This document shows positions 37,946 to 47,512 of a stretch of 64,000 nucleotides of DNA, one piece after another (positions within the stretch are counted from its first letter, which is position 1; every line of letters starts with the position of its first letter). A model generated the notes under the pieces. That model was not told the DNA's origin and did not search any database. It saw only the letters and a list, made by a program, of their open reading frames with translations. The stretch comes from a bacterium (GTDB lineage: Bacteria; UBP6; UBA1177; JAKLFG01). The stretch is from the NCBI GenBank assembly GCA_022711315.1, contig JAKLFG010000004.1, forward strand, positions 19,309 through 83,308. The letters are read 5' to 3'. The translations under genes were made by a program, and so were the position numbers.

Positions 37946-39268
37946 ATGCGGGAGAAGGGGACGCTCATCCTCGGCGCGGGGCTTGCGGGCATCTCGACCG
38001 CATACCATCTCGGCGGGAGCGACCATCTCGTCATCGAAAAGAGCGACCACCCCGGCGGGTTGTGCACTTCGGAGCATAAAGGCGGATTCACCTTCGATCA
38101 GACCGGGCATTGGCTCCACCTCGCGCGCGAGGAGAACCGCGCTCTCTTCGCCGACCTGTTCCCCGACGACCGCGTCCGCATCGAGCGGAAGACCCACATA
38201 TTCTCGCACGGCGTCTACACGCTCTACCCGTTCCAGTCGAACACCTACGGGCTGCCGCCGCAGGTCGTCCGGGAGTGCGTCGCCGGTTTCGTGAAAGCCC
38301 TGCGCGACACCGACAAGAGCAGGGCGCGGGAGAATTTCCACGAGTGGTGCATGGCCTATCTCGGCGAGGGGATCGCGAAACACTTCATGATACCCTACAA
38401 CTCGAAACTCTACACCGTGCATCCGAAGGAGATGGCGTCGCACTGGTGCGACCGCTATGTCCCGAAGCCGACGCTCTCCGAGGTCATCGAAGGTGCGGTC
38501 ACCGCGCCCGATCGCAAGGTCGGCTACAACGCGTCGTTCCACTACCCGGCGCGGGGCGGTATCGGCGAGTTCCCGAAACGGCTGTTTGAACGCACTGACG
38601 CGGCCAACTATCTTTTCAACGCCCGGCCGACGGCGGTGGACATCGAGCGCCGCATCATCACGCTCGATACCGGCGAACAGGTGCGCTACCGCCACCTCGT
38701 CAGTTCGATCCCCCTGCGCGACCTGCTGGACCTCGTGACCGGCCCCTTCGCGCCGACCGCGAAGGAGATGGCGGCGCGGATGCAGATCGCATCGGTCAGT
38801 TACCTCAATATCGCCCTCAAGAGGCCGGCGGGTCACCCCGGCCACTGGTTCTACATCCCCGAAGAGGGTTTCATGCCGTACCGCGTCGGCAGTTTCAGCA
38901 ACATCCATCCGCCGCTCGCGCCGGCGGGGCGCGGCTCGCTCTATGTCGAATACACCCATCGGGGACCGTTCAGCGGCACGGATAAACTCATGGAAGAGAG
39001 CATCCGGCTCCTGACCGCGATGGGCATCATCGTCGACGATGAGGAGGATATCGACTTCATAGACCACCGGTGCATCGAGAACGGCTATGTGATATTCCAC
39101 CGCGAGTATTTCGACGACATGGCGGTGGTGTCGGATCTTTTCGGTCGGCACGGCATACATCTGGTCGGTCGCTATGGTCGGTGGACCTACAACGCGATGG
39201 AGGACGCCGTGTCGGACGGACGCGAGACGGCGAAAAAGATACTTTCGGGTCAGGGAGGTCCCCTATGA
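37946..39268 (+). CDS. FAD-dependent oxidoreductase, UDP-galactopyranose-mutase / amine-oxidase-like
   Basis: GGGGAGG SD. Dinucleotide fold LILGAGLAGISTAYHL..VIEKSDHPGGL. C-terminal GRYGRWTYNAMEDAV resembles the Glf-type tail. Confidence 0.7.
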   Translation: MREKGTLILGAGLAGISTAYHLGGSDHLVIEKSDHPGGLCTSEHKGGFTFDQTGHWLHLAREENRALFADLFPDDRVRIERKTHIFSHGVYTLYPFQSNTYGLPPQVVRECVAGFVKALRDTDKSRARENFHEWCMAYLGEGIAKHFMIPYNSKLYTVHPKEMASHWCDRYVPKPTLSEVIEGAVTAPDRKVGYNASFHYPARGGIGEFPKRLFERTDAANYLFNARPTAVDIERRIITLDTGEQVRYRHLVSSIPLRDLLDLVTGPFAPTAKEMAARMQIASVSYLNIALKRPAGHPGHWFYIPEEGFMPYRVGSFSNIHPPLAPAGRGSLYVEYTHRGPFSGTDKLMEESIRLLTAMGIIVDDEEDIDFIDHRCIENGYVIFHREYFDDMAVVSDLFGRHGIHLVGRYGRWTYNAMEDAVSDGRETAKKILSGQGGPL

Positions 39269-40173
39269 TGCGCATCACCGCGTTCCTTTTCACGCTCGGG
39301 CTGTGCCTCGCGCTGTGCGCCGAGGAGCCGGAGGAACCGAATTTCCGTGAGGGTTTCGAGAAGAGTTGCAACGCCGGCATCGCCGAGGCGTGCGCCCTGC
39401 TCGGCGACATGTACTTCAAAGGCGAAGGCGGCCCGGTCAACACCGCCAAGGCGCGGAACGCCTTCGAAAAGGCGTGCGGCGGCGGCGCGGCCCACGGCTG
39501 CAACATGCGCGCCTTCATGTGGCTCAAAGGCATCGCGAGCCGCGTGGACAAAAAGAAGGCGTACGACCATTTCCTCGACTACTGCGATGACGGCAACGGC
39601 GAGGCCTGTCTCAATCTCGGTCTCGTGCTGACTGACGGCGACGGCCAGCCGGTCGATATCAAACGGGCCTCCGAGGCGTTCGACCGCGCCTGTTTCAACG
39701 GCTCTCATGAGGGGTGCTACCGGCTCGGCGGCATGCTCGTGAGCGGCAAAGGGATCGCGGCGAACAAGAAAAAGGCGCGCGAATATCTCCAGAAAGCGTG
39801 CGACTGGGGCAACGGCGACGCCTGCGGCATGCTCGCGTTCCTGTGGTACAACGGCGAGGGGGGCGACCTCAACAAGGACAAGGCGCGCATCTACAACGAG
39901 AAGGCGTGCGGCAAACAGCGCTCCATCGCCTGCTTCAATCTCGGGGTGTACTACTATCAGGGCGAAGAGGGGAGCGCCAACAAGGAGCGGGCGCGCCAAC
40001 TGTTCTCCCGTGCCTGCGAACTGGGCAACAACGACGGCTGTTTCCTCGTCGGCGCCATGCATTTCACCGGCGAAGGCGGCCCGGTGGACACCGAGCAGGC
40101 GAAAAAGTTCGTCAAAAAGGCGTGCACCAACAAGATAGAGGACGCCTGCCTGTTCCTGAAGAACAATTTCTAG
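39265..40173 (+). CDS. secreted Sel1-like-repeat (Hcp-type cysteine-rich) protein
   Basis: ATGA overlap with the upstream stop. Signal peptide. Seven or more repeats of the form C..G...AC..LG.MY..G.G..(D/N)..KA...(F/Y).KAC. Confidence 0.8.
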   Translation: MMRITAFLFTLGLCLALCAEEPEEPNFREGFEKSCNAGIAEACALLGDMYFKGEGGPVNTAKARNAFEKACGGGAAHGCNMRAFMWLKGIASRVDKKKAYDHFLDYCDDGNGEACLNLGLVLTDGDGQPVDIKRASEAFDRACFNGSHEGCYRLGGMLVSGKGIAANKKKAREYLQKACDWGNGDACGMLAFLWYNGEGGDLNKDKARIYNEKACGKQRSIACFNLGVYYYQGEEGSANKERARQLFSRACELGNNDGCFLVGAMHFTGEGGPVDTEQAKKFVKKACTNKIEDACLFLKNNF

Positions 40174-40188
40174 AAAGAGATCCCTCGA

Positions 40189-42000
40189 TCACCCGATAAG
40201 GGCGCACCCGCAACCGCTCTCCTCTTCCTCCCAGAGCGAATCATCATCGGTCGCCTCGCCGCCGGTGTCGGTCCCAGCGCCGGTATCGGTCACGGCATCG
40301 TCGGGATCCGTCGCGTCGGCATCGGTCACCGGGGTGTCGTCGGGCGTCTCGCCGCAGGTGGTGCCGGGCAGGTAGGGGTCGGTCACCGTTTCGGGGCACG
40401 CCTGATCGAGCGAACTGCGGAGCGGCAGTCCCTGATTGCTGAGGTAGGCGGCGGTCTGGCCGATGACGGCGTCCCAGATGAGCGCGGTGTTCTTGAACGA
40501 GGTGTTCTTGGGCAGGTCCTCGAGCGGCTGGACCTTGAGGCGGAGCATGACGCGCGGGCAGTTCGCGGCGTCCTGACAGATGCCGAGCGTTTCGGCGACC
40601 ATCATCCCTTCAAAGAGCGGCGACTGGCCGCCGACATCCTCGACCGGCTCGTAGCAGGTGCCGGTGCCGGTGCGGTCTATCTGGGTCGAACCGGGGACAT
40701 ACTTGAGCCCCACCGGCAATTCGTCGCGCACCGTCACCATGCTCGCGATCTCCTGCCCGTGGTTCTCGACCCATATCTCGTAGGCGCTCACCCGGTCGTC
40801 GCACATCCGGTCGGCGATGGTCGAGTTGGTCAGCAGGTACTTCTCGTCCATGCCGGGGATGTCGAACGCGGGCAGTTTGGTGTCGACCGACATCAGCATG
40901 TAGTTGGTCAGCACGATGTCGTTGCCGGTCCCTATCTTGAAATCGAACGCGGTGGTGCCGAGTTTGATGTGCTCGTTGATGAGTCCCTGCGTGTCGTTCG
41001 GATCGTACTGGAGGAGAAAGGTGTCCACATCGTACGAGAACTCGATGAGGCACTCGGCGGAAGGCTCCTTTTTGTAGTTGTAGTTGAGGAACTTATTGTT
41101 GAACGGGTAGTCGGGCGGGTTGCACTGGTCGGCGAGCGTGAGGTCGGCGTTCGCCGTCATGTTCCCCTTGATGCGGAGATATTCCTTGGCCGAATCCTCG
41201 TCGTCGCCGTCGCTCGTGACCACCGACAGTTTCACCGCCGCCTGATCGGGCAGTTCGAAGCCGGTGATGTGTATGGTGAGCGGGTTGGAGAGGGTGCCCG
41301 AACTCCAGTCCATGCCGAAATAGAAATAGAGCCGCTTGCGCGCTATCTGCTTCGATCCATAGACGAGGATGAGTTGCCAGCCGCCCACCATCGAGGCCGA
41401 CGAGCAGTAGGCGTGGTTCGCGTCGGCGAGGCAGTCGTAGATGTCGTCCACCCCCTTGACGGTGTAGTTGCCGGTCAGCGACAGTTGGTCGGGCGATTCC
41501 GGGTCGCCTTCCTGATAACTCTTCATGATGTCGGTCACATCGACCCGGTACAGGTAATAGTAATAGGTGCCGCCGAGCAGTTCCGATTTGTAGTAGGATT
41601 CGAATTCGAGCGCATCGGGGGTGGCGGCGTTTCCGGCGAGCGGCGCGACGACCTCGTGGTCGGTCCCGTCGGGAGTGATAAGCGTTACGGTGCTGTCGCC
41701 GAAAGCGTTCTGGTCGGCCGGGTTTTTCGATACGACCCAGACGAGTATCGCCCGTTCGACAAAGGCGTCGGGCGGTATGTCGTCGGCGCCGAGCACCGCG
41801 GTGGTCCCGGCGACGCCGAGCGAGGTGTCGCCCTGATGGACGCCGCTCTCGTAGGGCTGGCTCTGATTGTCGGCGAGTAGCGACTTGGAGACGATGAAGT
41901 AATCGAACGCCCCCTCGTAGGTGAAGGCGGGCTGATCGTAGAAGGCGCCGGCGGTCGCGGCGGCCAGCAGCAGGGAGGCGACGGTGACGATCCTTTTCAT
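40189..42000 (-). CDS. large secreted protein with C-terminal DUF11-like repeat domain, D/T-rich tail and terminal GCGCALIG
   Basis: Signal peptide LLLAAATAGA-F. VTVRDELPVGLKYVPGSTQID is DUF11-like. AGGAG SD. Confidence 0.6.
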   Translation of the reverse strand: MKRIVTVASLLLAAATAGAFYDQPAFTYEGAFDYFIVSKSLLADNQSQPYESGVHQGDTSLGVAGTTAVLGADDIPPDAFVERAILVWVVSKNPADQNAFGDSTVTLITPDGTDHEVVAPLAGNAATPDALEFESYYKSELLGGTYYYYLYRVDVTDIMKSYQEGDPESPDQLSLTGNYTVKGVDDIYDCLADANHAYCSSASMVGGWQLILVYGSKQIARKRLYFYFGMDWSSGTLSNPLTIHITGFELPDQAAVKLSVVTSDGDDEDSAKEYLRIKGNMTANADLTLADQCNPPDYPFNNKFLNYNYKKEPSAECLIEFSYDVDTFLLQYDPNDTQGLINEHIKLGTTAFDFKIGTGNDIVLTNYMLMSVDTKLPAFDIPGMDEKYLLTNSTIADRMCDDRVSAYEIWVENHGQEIASMVTVRDELPVGLKYVPGSTQIDRTGTGTCYEPVEDVGGQSPLFEGMMVAETLGICQDAANCPRVMLRLKVQPLEDLPKNTSFKNTALIWDAVIGQTAAYLSNQGLPLRSSLDQACPETVTDPYLPGTTCGETPDDTPVTDADATDPDDAVTDTGAGTDTGGEATDDDSLWEEEESGCGCALIG

Positions 42001-42032
42001 GGCACGGTCTCCTGATGATAATGACCGTCGCT

Positions 42033-42061
42033 ACTGTACGACCCCGTCCCCGCGAAGTCAA
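42033..42061 (-). promoter_or_regulatory. candidate sigma70-type promoter for the DUF11-like gene
   Basis: On the minus strand, TTGACT-N17-TACAGT. Confidence 0.45.
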
Positions 42062-42148
42062 GGGCGAGAATTTCGGCCAAAAAACTTTCTTTGCCCCGCC
42101 GTCTCGATACAATGCCCCGGATTTTCCACATGTCTTGGAGGTTCTCTT

Positions 42149-43723
42149 ATGAGTCTGGCGGACATCATCGTCTATTTCGGCGGCACCGGTATCGGGATCG
42201 CCCTTATCTACATCATCTGGGGCTATGTGAAAGGGCTCAAGCAGTCGCCGCGCGATATGTGGATACTGTTCGCCTACCTGTTGGTGACCTATGTCGCCTA
42301 CTCGTCGCAGAATGTGTCGCTGTCGCTGTGGCTTTCGGCCGATTGCGGACTGGGCGATGTCGCGGCGGGCACCTACATCACCACCTGGTCGATCATGCTC
42401 TCGATGGTCGCGATGGTGGCGGGGGCGCTGGTCGATACCATCGGCATCAAGCGGACCCTCTTTTTCAGCATTTTTTTTCTGATCATCGCGCGGATATCGC
42501 TCATTTTCCTCACCAATCCGCTGATCGTTTTCATCTTCGGCTTCATTCCTTTCGCGATAGGCTTCGCCATCGTCTCGCCGGTCGTTTCGGTCGCCATCAA
42601 GCGTTTCACCACCAAGGAGAGCGCGGCGCTGGGCTTCGGCCTGTTCTATGTCCTGATGAACGGCGCCTTTGCCGTGGGCGGCATATTTTTCGATAAGGTG
42701 CGCGGCGCTTACGCGCTCAAAGATGCGGCGGGAAAGATCGTCAACGACAACGCCGGGGCGATCCTGCTGGGGTACCAGTTCTCCACCTACCAGATGCTTT
42801 ATATCTTCGTCCTTCTCTTGACCATCCTGAGCATCTCCCTCCTCTTTTTCATCCGTGGTGGCATTGAGTTGGACGACGACGGGAACGCCGTGGTCAAACC
42901 GCTCATCGATCACGGCTCGGGGCTTGCCGCCGTTAAGAGCGCCGCGATCAAGACGGGGCAGATGATCAAGTCGGTCGTGTCGGAGAAATACTTCTGGATC
43001 TTCATCACCATCATCGCCCTCACGATATTCGTCCGGATGGTCTTTTTCCAGTTGCAATACACTTTTCCGAAGTACGGCCTGCGCGTTCTCGGGCTCGATG
43101 CGAAGATCGGGACCATCTACGGCGTCCTCAATCCGGTCCTCATCATCTTTCTGGTGCCGCTGGTGGCGATCATCACCAAGAAGATATCCTCCTATAAACT
43201 GCTGGTGGTCGGCTCCATCGTGTCGGCCGGTGCCTGTTTTATCGTCATGATCCCCGCTTCCTCGGTATCGTGGTTGACGGGCACCGTCTGGGGCGAACTG
43301 GTCTTCGTCAAATGGCTCGGCATGGCTCCGACCCACGAGGCGCTGATGCAGAACCCGCCGGTCCCCGAATACTGGCCCTTCATCATCTTCATCCTTGTTT
43401 TCACCGTCGGCGAGGCGATCTGGTCGCCGAAACTCATGCAGTTCACCGCCGAGATAGCGCCGAAGGGGAAGGAGGGGACCTATCTCGCGCTGTCTATCCT
43501 GCCGTTCTTCCTCGCGAAACTCATCGCCGGCCCGATGTCGGGGATACTGCTCAACGCCTATGTGCCGGTCGGCCCGAATAAAGAACTGCTCGGCCCCTAT
43601 CCCGACCATGCCATGATCTGGTTCTGGATCGGCCTGATGGCGATCATCACTCCCATCGGACTCCTCCTCATGAAAGGGGTTTTCCAGAAACGCGAAGATC
43701 ACGCCGCCGAAGCGGGTCAATAA
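42149..43723 (+). CDS. MFS transporter, POT/PTR2-like, paralogue 1
   Basis: GGAGG SD before ATG 42149. MFS motif A GALVDTIGIKRTL. PTR2-like FGLFYVLMNGAFAVGG. 12 or more TM segments. Confidence 0.75.
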   Translation: MSLADIIVYFGGTGIGIALIYIIWGYVKGLKQSPRDMWILFAYLLVTYVAYSSQNVSLSLWLSADCGLGDVAAGTYITTWSIMLSMVAMVAGALVDTIGIKRTLFFSIFFLIIARISLIFLTNPLIVFIFGFIPFAIGFAIVSPVVSVAIKRFTTKESAALGFGLFYVLMNGAFAVGGIFFDKVRGAYALKDAAGKIVNDNAGAILLGYQFSTYQMLYIFVLLLTILSISLLFFIRGGIELDDDGNAVVKPLIDHGSGLAAVKSAAIKTGQMIKSVVSEKYFWIFITIIALTIFVRMVFFQLQYTFPKYGLRVLGLDAKIGTIYGVLNPVLIIFLVPLVAIITKKISSYKLLVVGSIVSAGACFIVMIPASSVSWLTGTVWGELVFVKWLGMAPTHEALMQNPPVPEYWPFIIFILVFTVGEAIWSPKLMQFTAEIAPKGKEGTYLALSILPFFLAKLIAGPMSGILLNAYVPVGPNKELLGPYPDHAMIWFWIGLMAIITPIGLLLMKGVFQKREDHAAEAGQ

Positions 43724-43790
43724 AAAAAACTTTACTCGCCCCCTCGCCGCCGGTATCTTTCGGCGACACTTTATCTGACGGGAGTCACGA

Positions 43791-45464
43791 ATGAACGCTG
43801 TTGCAACGACCCTCCGGACCGCCGACATCATCGTCTATGTAGGGCTGGTCGGCCTTGCTCTCGCCTTTTTTTACATTGTCTGGAGTTACGCGAAAGGGCT
43901 GAAGGACTCGCCGCGTGACATGTGGATACTGTTCACCTACAAGATCGTCCAGTATGTCGCCTACGCCGCGATGAACCCCATTCTCATCCTGTGGCTTTCC
44001 AAAGAGTGCGGGCTGGGCGATGTGGCCGCCGGCACTTACATCATGGCGTGGTCCATCCTGCTGTCGCTGGTAGGGATGGTCTCCGGGGCGCTCGTCGACA
44101 CCATCGGCATCAAGCGGACGCTCATCTTCAGCGTGGTCTTCCTCGTCATAGCCCGCTTTTTCATGACCTTCGTCACCCATCCGGTGCTGATATTCTTCGT
44201 CGGCTTCGTGCCGTTCGCCATCGGTTTCGCGATGGTGGCGCCGGTCATCTCGGTCTCGATAAAACGGTTCACCACTAAAGAAGGGGCAACGCTCGGTTTT
44301 GGCTTGTTCTATGTCATCATGAACGCCGCCTACGCTATCGGCGGCTGGCTGATCGACTATTTCCGCACCGTCTTCGTCGAACGCGACGCCGCCGGCAAGA
44401 TCATTAACGAGAACTTCGGCGCGACGCTGTTCGGGATGCATTTCACGACCTACCAGCTCCTCTTTATAACGGCGTTCATCCTCACCATCCTCAGTTCCGC
44501 GTGCATTTTCTTCATCCGTGACGGCATCGAGGTGGAGGAGGAGACCGACGCCGAAGGGAAAAAGAGTTCGAAGATCGTCGTCAAGCCGAGTCAGGACCAC
44601 GGTTCGGGGCTTGCCGCGATAAAAAGCGCCTTTCTCACCATGTACAACCGCATCAAAAGCGCCGTCTCGGAGAATTATTTCTGGATATTCATCCTGATCC
44701 TCACCGTGACGCTCTTTGTCCGGTTCATCTTTTTTCACCTGCACTACACCTTCCCGAAGTACGGCATCCGCGTGCTGGGCGAAGGGGCGAAGATAGGCAA
44801 CATCTACGGCGTCCTCAACCCGGCGCTCATCATCTTCCTCGTGCCGCTGTTCGCCGCGATAACGAAAAAATGGCGCTCCTTCACGATGCTCGTGGTCGGC
44901 TCGGCGATATCGGCCGCTTCCTGTTTCATCGCCGTCATCCCCGGTGCCTACTTCTCGGGACTTACCGATTCGGTCCTCGGCGAGATCATATTCATCAAAT
45001 GGCTCGGGATGGCGCCCGACATGCCGACGCTCCTTGCCAATCCGCCGGTTCCCGAATACTGGTCGCTCATCGTGTTCTTCACCGTCTTCACCATCGGCGA
45101 GGCGATCTGGTCGCCGCGCCTCATGCAGTTCACCGCCGAGATAGCGCCCAAGGGGAAAGAGGGGACCTACATCGCGCTGGCGGTCCTGCCGTTCTTCCTC
45201 GCCAAGTTCGTCGTCGGCCCGATGTCGGGGTTATTGGTGAACGCCTACACCCCGATGGTGGACAAGATAGACCCGGCGACCGGTGCGGTCGTGCTCGACG
45301 CCGCCGGGAAGGCGGTGCAGGTGGTGGGCGATCTTTCCCAGCACTACATGGTATGGGTCTGGATCGGCGGCATGGCGATAGTCACCCCGATCGGCCTGCT
45401 CCTCCTGCACGGCATCTACAAAAAGCACATGGAAGATAAGACCGAACCGGCCAAAGCGCACTAG
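43791..45464 (+). CDS. MFS transporter, POT/PTR2-like, paralogue 2
   Basis: Collinear with paralogue 1 (SPRDMWILF, GLGDVAAGTYI, GALVDTIGIKRTL, IWSPRLMQFTAEIAPKGKEGTY). Confidence 0.75.
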   Translation: MNAVATTLRTADIIVYVGLVGLALAFFYIVWSYAKGLKDSPRDMWILFTYKIVQYVAYAAMNPILILWLSKECGLGDVAAGTYIMAWSILLSLVGMVSGALVDTIGIKRTLIFSVVFLVIARFFMTFVTHPVLIFFVGFVPFAIGFAMVAPVISVSIKRFTTKEGATLGFGLFYVIMNAAYAIGGWLIDYFRTVFVERDAAGKIINENFGATLFGMHFTTYQLLFITAFILTILSSACIFFIRDGIEVEEETDAEGKKSSKIVVKPSQDHGSGLAAIKSAFLTMYNRIKSAVSENYFWIFILILTVTLFVRFIFFHLHYTFPKYGIRVLGEGAKIGNIYGVLNPALIIFLVPLFAAITKKWRSFTMLVVGSAISAASCFIAVIPGAYFSGLTDSVLGEIIFIKWLGMAPDMPTLLANPPVPEYWSLIVFFTVFTIGEAIWSPRLMQFTAEIAPKGKEGTYIALAVLPFFLAKFVVGPMSGLLVNAYTPMVDKIDPATGAVVLDAAGKAVQVVGDLSQHYMVWVWIGGMAIVTPIGLLLLHGIYKKHMEDKTEPAKAH

Positions 45465-45559
45465 CGTCGCCCTCTTTTTCCTTTCGCCTTCAATAAAATC
45501 GACCTCCCCGGGACACCATACCCCCGGTCCATTGCATGAAACCGAGAGCGGAGGAAGCC

Positions 45560-47422
45560 ATGAAGACATTGAATTTTATTGCTGTTTTTCTTGTCGTGAC
45601 CGTCGTTTCCTGCGGGACGAAGGTGGGCGGTGAGCCCGGATCGGTCGGCCCCGACATCGATACGGTGACCGACAAGACGCTCGACAACTATGGCGAAGAA
45701 CAGATCGGTTACAAGAACAGTTCGGCCGCCCGCGCCGCCGAGGAAGAAAAGGAACAGGAAGACCTTAACGGCGGCGGAGACCCCGCCGAGGACGAATCGC
45801 CCGGCGACGGTTCCTATGCTGACAGCGCCACCGTTTCGGACCAATCCTCGCCGGTCTCCGACACCGATAACGCGTGGTATCCCGACGAAGCGGTCGAGGA
45901 GGAGCCCGATGACGACATGCTCCTGACCGACGAAGAACCGCTTCGTGTGAAAAGCGAAGAGGTGACGCCGATACTCGAGAATCCCTATTTCACGACCGCC
46001 GAGGTCGACCGCTCAACCTTCTCGATAGATGTCGACACCGGCTCCTATTCGCTGGTGCGCGGTTATCTCAAGAACGGCGAACTGCCCCCCGCCGAGTCGG
46101 TCCGCATCGAGGAGATGATCAACTACTTCCATATGCGCTACAAACAGCCCGAGGGCGATACCCCCTTCCGGCTCTACACCGAACTTTCGACCTGCCCGTG
46201 GAACCCGAAACACAAACTGCTGATGCTCGGGGTGCAGGGGCAGGAGGTGGCGCTGGCCGACCAGCCGCCTGCCAACCTCGTGTTCCTCATCGATGTGTCG
46301 GGGTCTATGACCTATTCGGAGAACAAACTGCCGCTCCTCAAAAAGGCGTTCCGGATGATGGCGTCGCAGATGCGCGACATAGACCGCGTTGCCATCGTCA
46401 CCTACGCCGGCAAGGAGGCGCTCGTCCTCGATTCGACCCCCGGCAGCGAGAAAGAGAAGATCTACGCGGCGCTCGACAACCTCGAAGGGGGTGGCTCGAC
46501 CAACGGATCGGGCGGCATCCAACTCGCCTACGAGGTGGCGGCCGAGAACTTCCTGCCCGAGGGCAATAACCGCGTCATCCTCGCGACCGACGGCGACTTC
46601 AATGTCGGCATCACCGACCAGAACGAACTGGTGAACTTCATCGCGACCAAACGCGAGACCGGCGTATTCCTGAGCGTGTACGGCTTCGGCGAGGCGTGGG
46701 ACGGTGGTAATTACCGTGACGAGCAGTTGGAGCAACTCGCCGACAACGGCAACGGCATCTATTTCTTCATCGACGGCCCCGAAGAGGCGCGGCGCGCCTT
46801 TCTCAACGGGCTGTCGGGCTCGCTCCTGACCATCGCCAAGGATGTGAAACTGCAGGTCGCCTTCAACAAGGAGCAGGTGAAGGCCTACCGGCTCGTCGGC
46901 TATGAGAACCGCGTACTCGCGAACGACGACTTCAATAACGATCTGGTCGATGCGGGCGAACTCGGCGCGGGCCTGTCGGTCACCGCCTTCTACGAGATCA
47001 TCCCCGCCACGAGCGGAGAGATCGTGCCCGAACCGCAGCCGGGCACCGTCGAGGAACCCGACACCGACGCCGAGGTGAGCGACGATGACGCGATCCTCGA
47101 CGAGGCGCCGGTCACCGGCGACACCTTCGTCAATGTCCGCATCCGCTACAAGGATCCCGACGCCGATACGAGTCAACTGCTCGAACATCCGCTCGAGGCC
47201 GATGATATCAACCGGACCGTGCCGTCGCTCAAGTTCATGTTCGCGGCGGGCGTCACCGAGTTCTCGATGCTCCTGCGTCATTCGCAGTACCTGCCGACCC
47301 GCGATATCGACGAACTGCTGAAACTCGCCAAGGCGGCGCTTCCGGCCGATGCGGAGGGGGCCATCGCCGAGTTCATCGACCTCGTCGAACTGGCGAAAGA
47401 TCACCTCGACGGCCAGCCCTGA
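45560..47422 (+). CDS. YfbK-like von Willebrand factor A domain lipoprotein
   Basis: GGAGGA SD. Lipobox VVS-C. N-module FSIDVDTGSYSLVRGYL..IRIEEMINYF. MIDAS LIDVSGSM. C-terminal DUF3520-like region. Confidence 0.8.
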   Translation: MKTLNFIAVFLVVTVVSCGTKVGGEPGSVGPDIDTVTDKTLDNYGEEQIGYKNSSAARAAEEEKEQEDLNGGGDPAEDESPGDGSYADSATVSDQSSPVSDTDNAWYPDEAVEEEPDDDMLLTDEEPLRVKSEEVTPILENPYFTTAEVDRSTFSIDVDTGSYSLVRGYLKNGELPPAESVRIEEMINYFHMRYKQPEGDTPFRLYTELSTCPWNPKHKLLMLGVQGQEVALADQPPANLVFLIDVSGSMTYSENKLPLLKKAFRMMASQMRDIDRVAIVTYAGKEALVLDSTPGSEKEKIYAALDNLEGGGSTNGSGGIQLAYEVAAENFLPEGNNRVILATDGDFNVGITDQNELVNFIATKRETGVFLSVYGFGEAWDGGNYRDEQLEQLADNGNGIYFFIDGPEEARRAFLNGLSGSLLTIAKDVKLQVAFNKEQVKAYRLVGYENRVLANDDFNNDLVDAGELGAGLSVTAFYEIIPATSGEIVPEPQPGTVEEPDTDAEVSDDDAILDEAPVTGDTFVNVRIRYKDPDADTSQLLEHPLEADDINRTVPSLKFMFAAGVTEFSMLLRHSQYLPTRDIDELLKLAKAALPADAEGAIAEFIDLVELAKDHLDGQP

Positions 47423-47455
47423 GGGCCGTTCTCCTTTCTGAACATACGATTTATG

Positions 47456-47484
47456 TTGCCTCCCACCCCCTTCTCTGCTAGCAT
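47456..47484 (+). promoter_or_regulatory. candidate promoter for MFS paralogue 3
   Basis: TTGCCT-N17-TAGCAT. Confidence 0.4.
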
Positions 47485-47512
47485 CCCCTGATTTTTCTAC
47501 ACGGAGGCCCTC

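Noticed and set aside
40189-40215. MYXO-CTERM or GlyGly-CTERM sorting signal at the C-terminus of the DUF11-like protein
   Set aside because: Only the GCGC part is present, and the hydrophobic helix and basic tail that define those signals are missing. I kept it as a low-confidence curiosity rather than a call.
45465-45559. Hairpin CCGGG-N10-CCCGG and a possible promoter upstream of the VWA gene
   Set aside because: The stem is only 5 bp with a long loop, and no -35/-10 pair has acceptable spacing. The VWA gene is more simply explained as co-transcribed with MFS paralogue 2.
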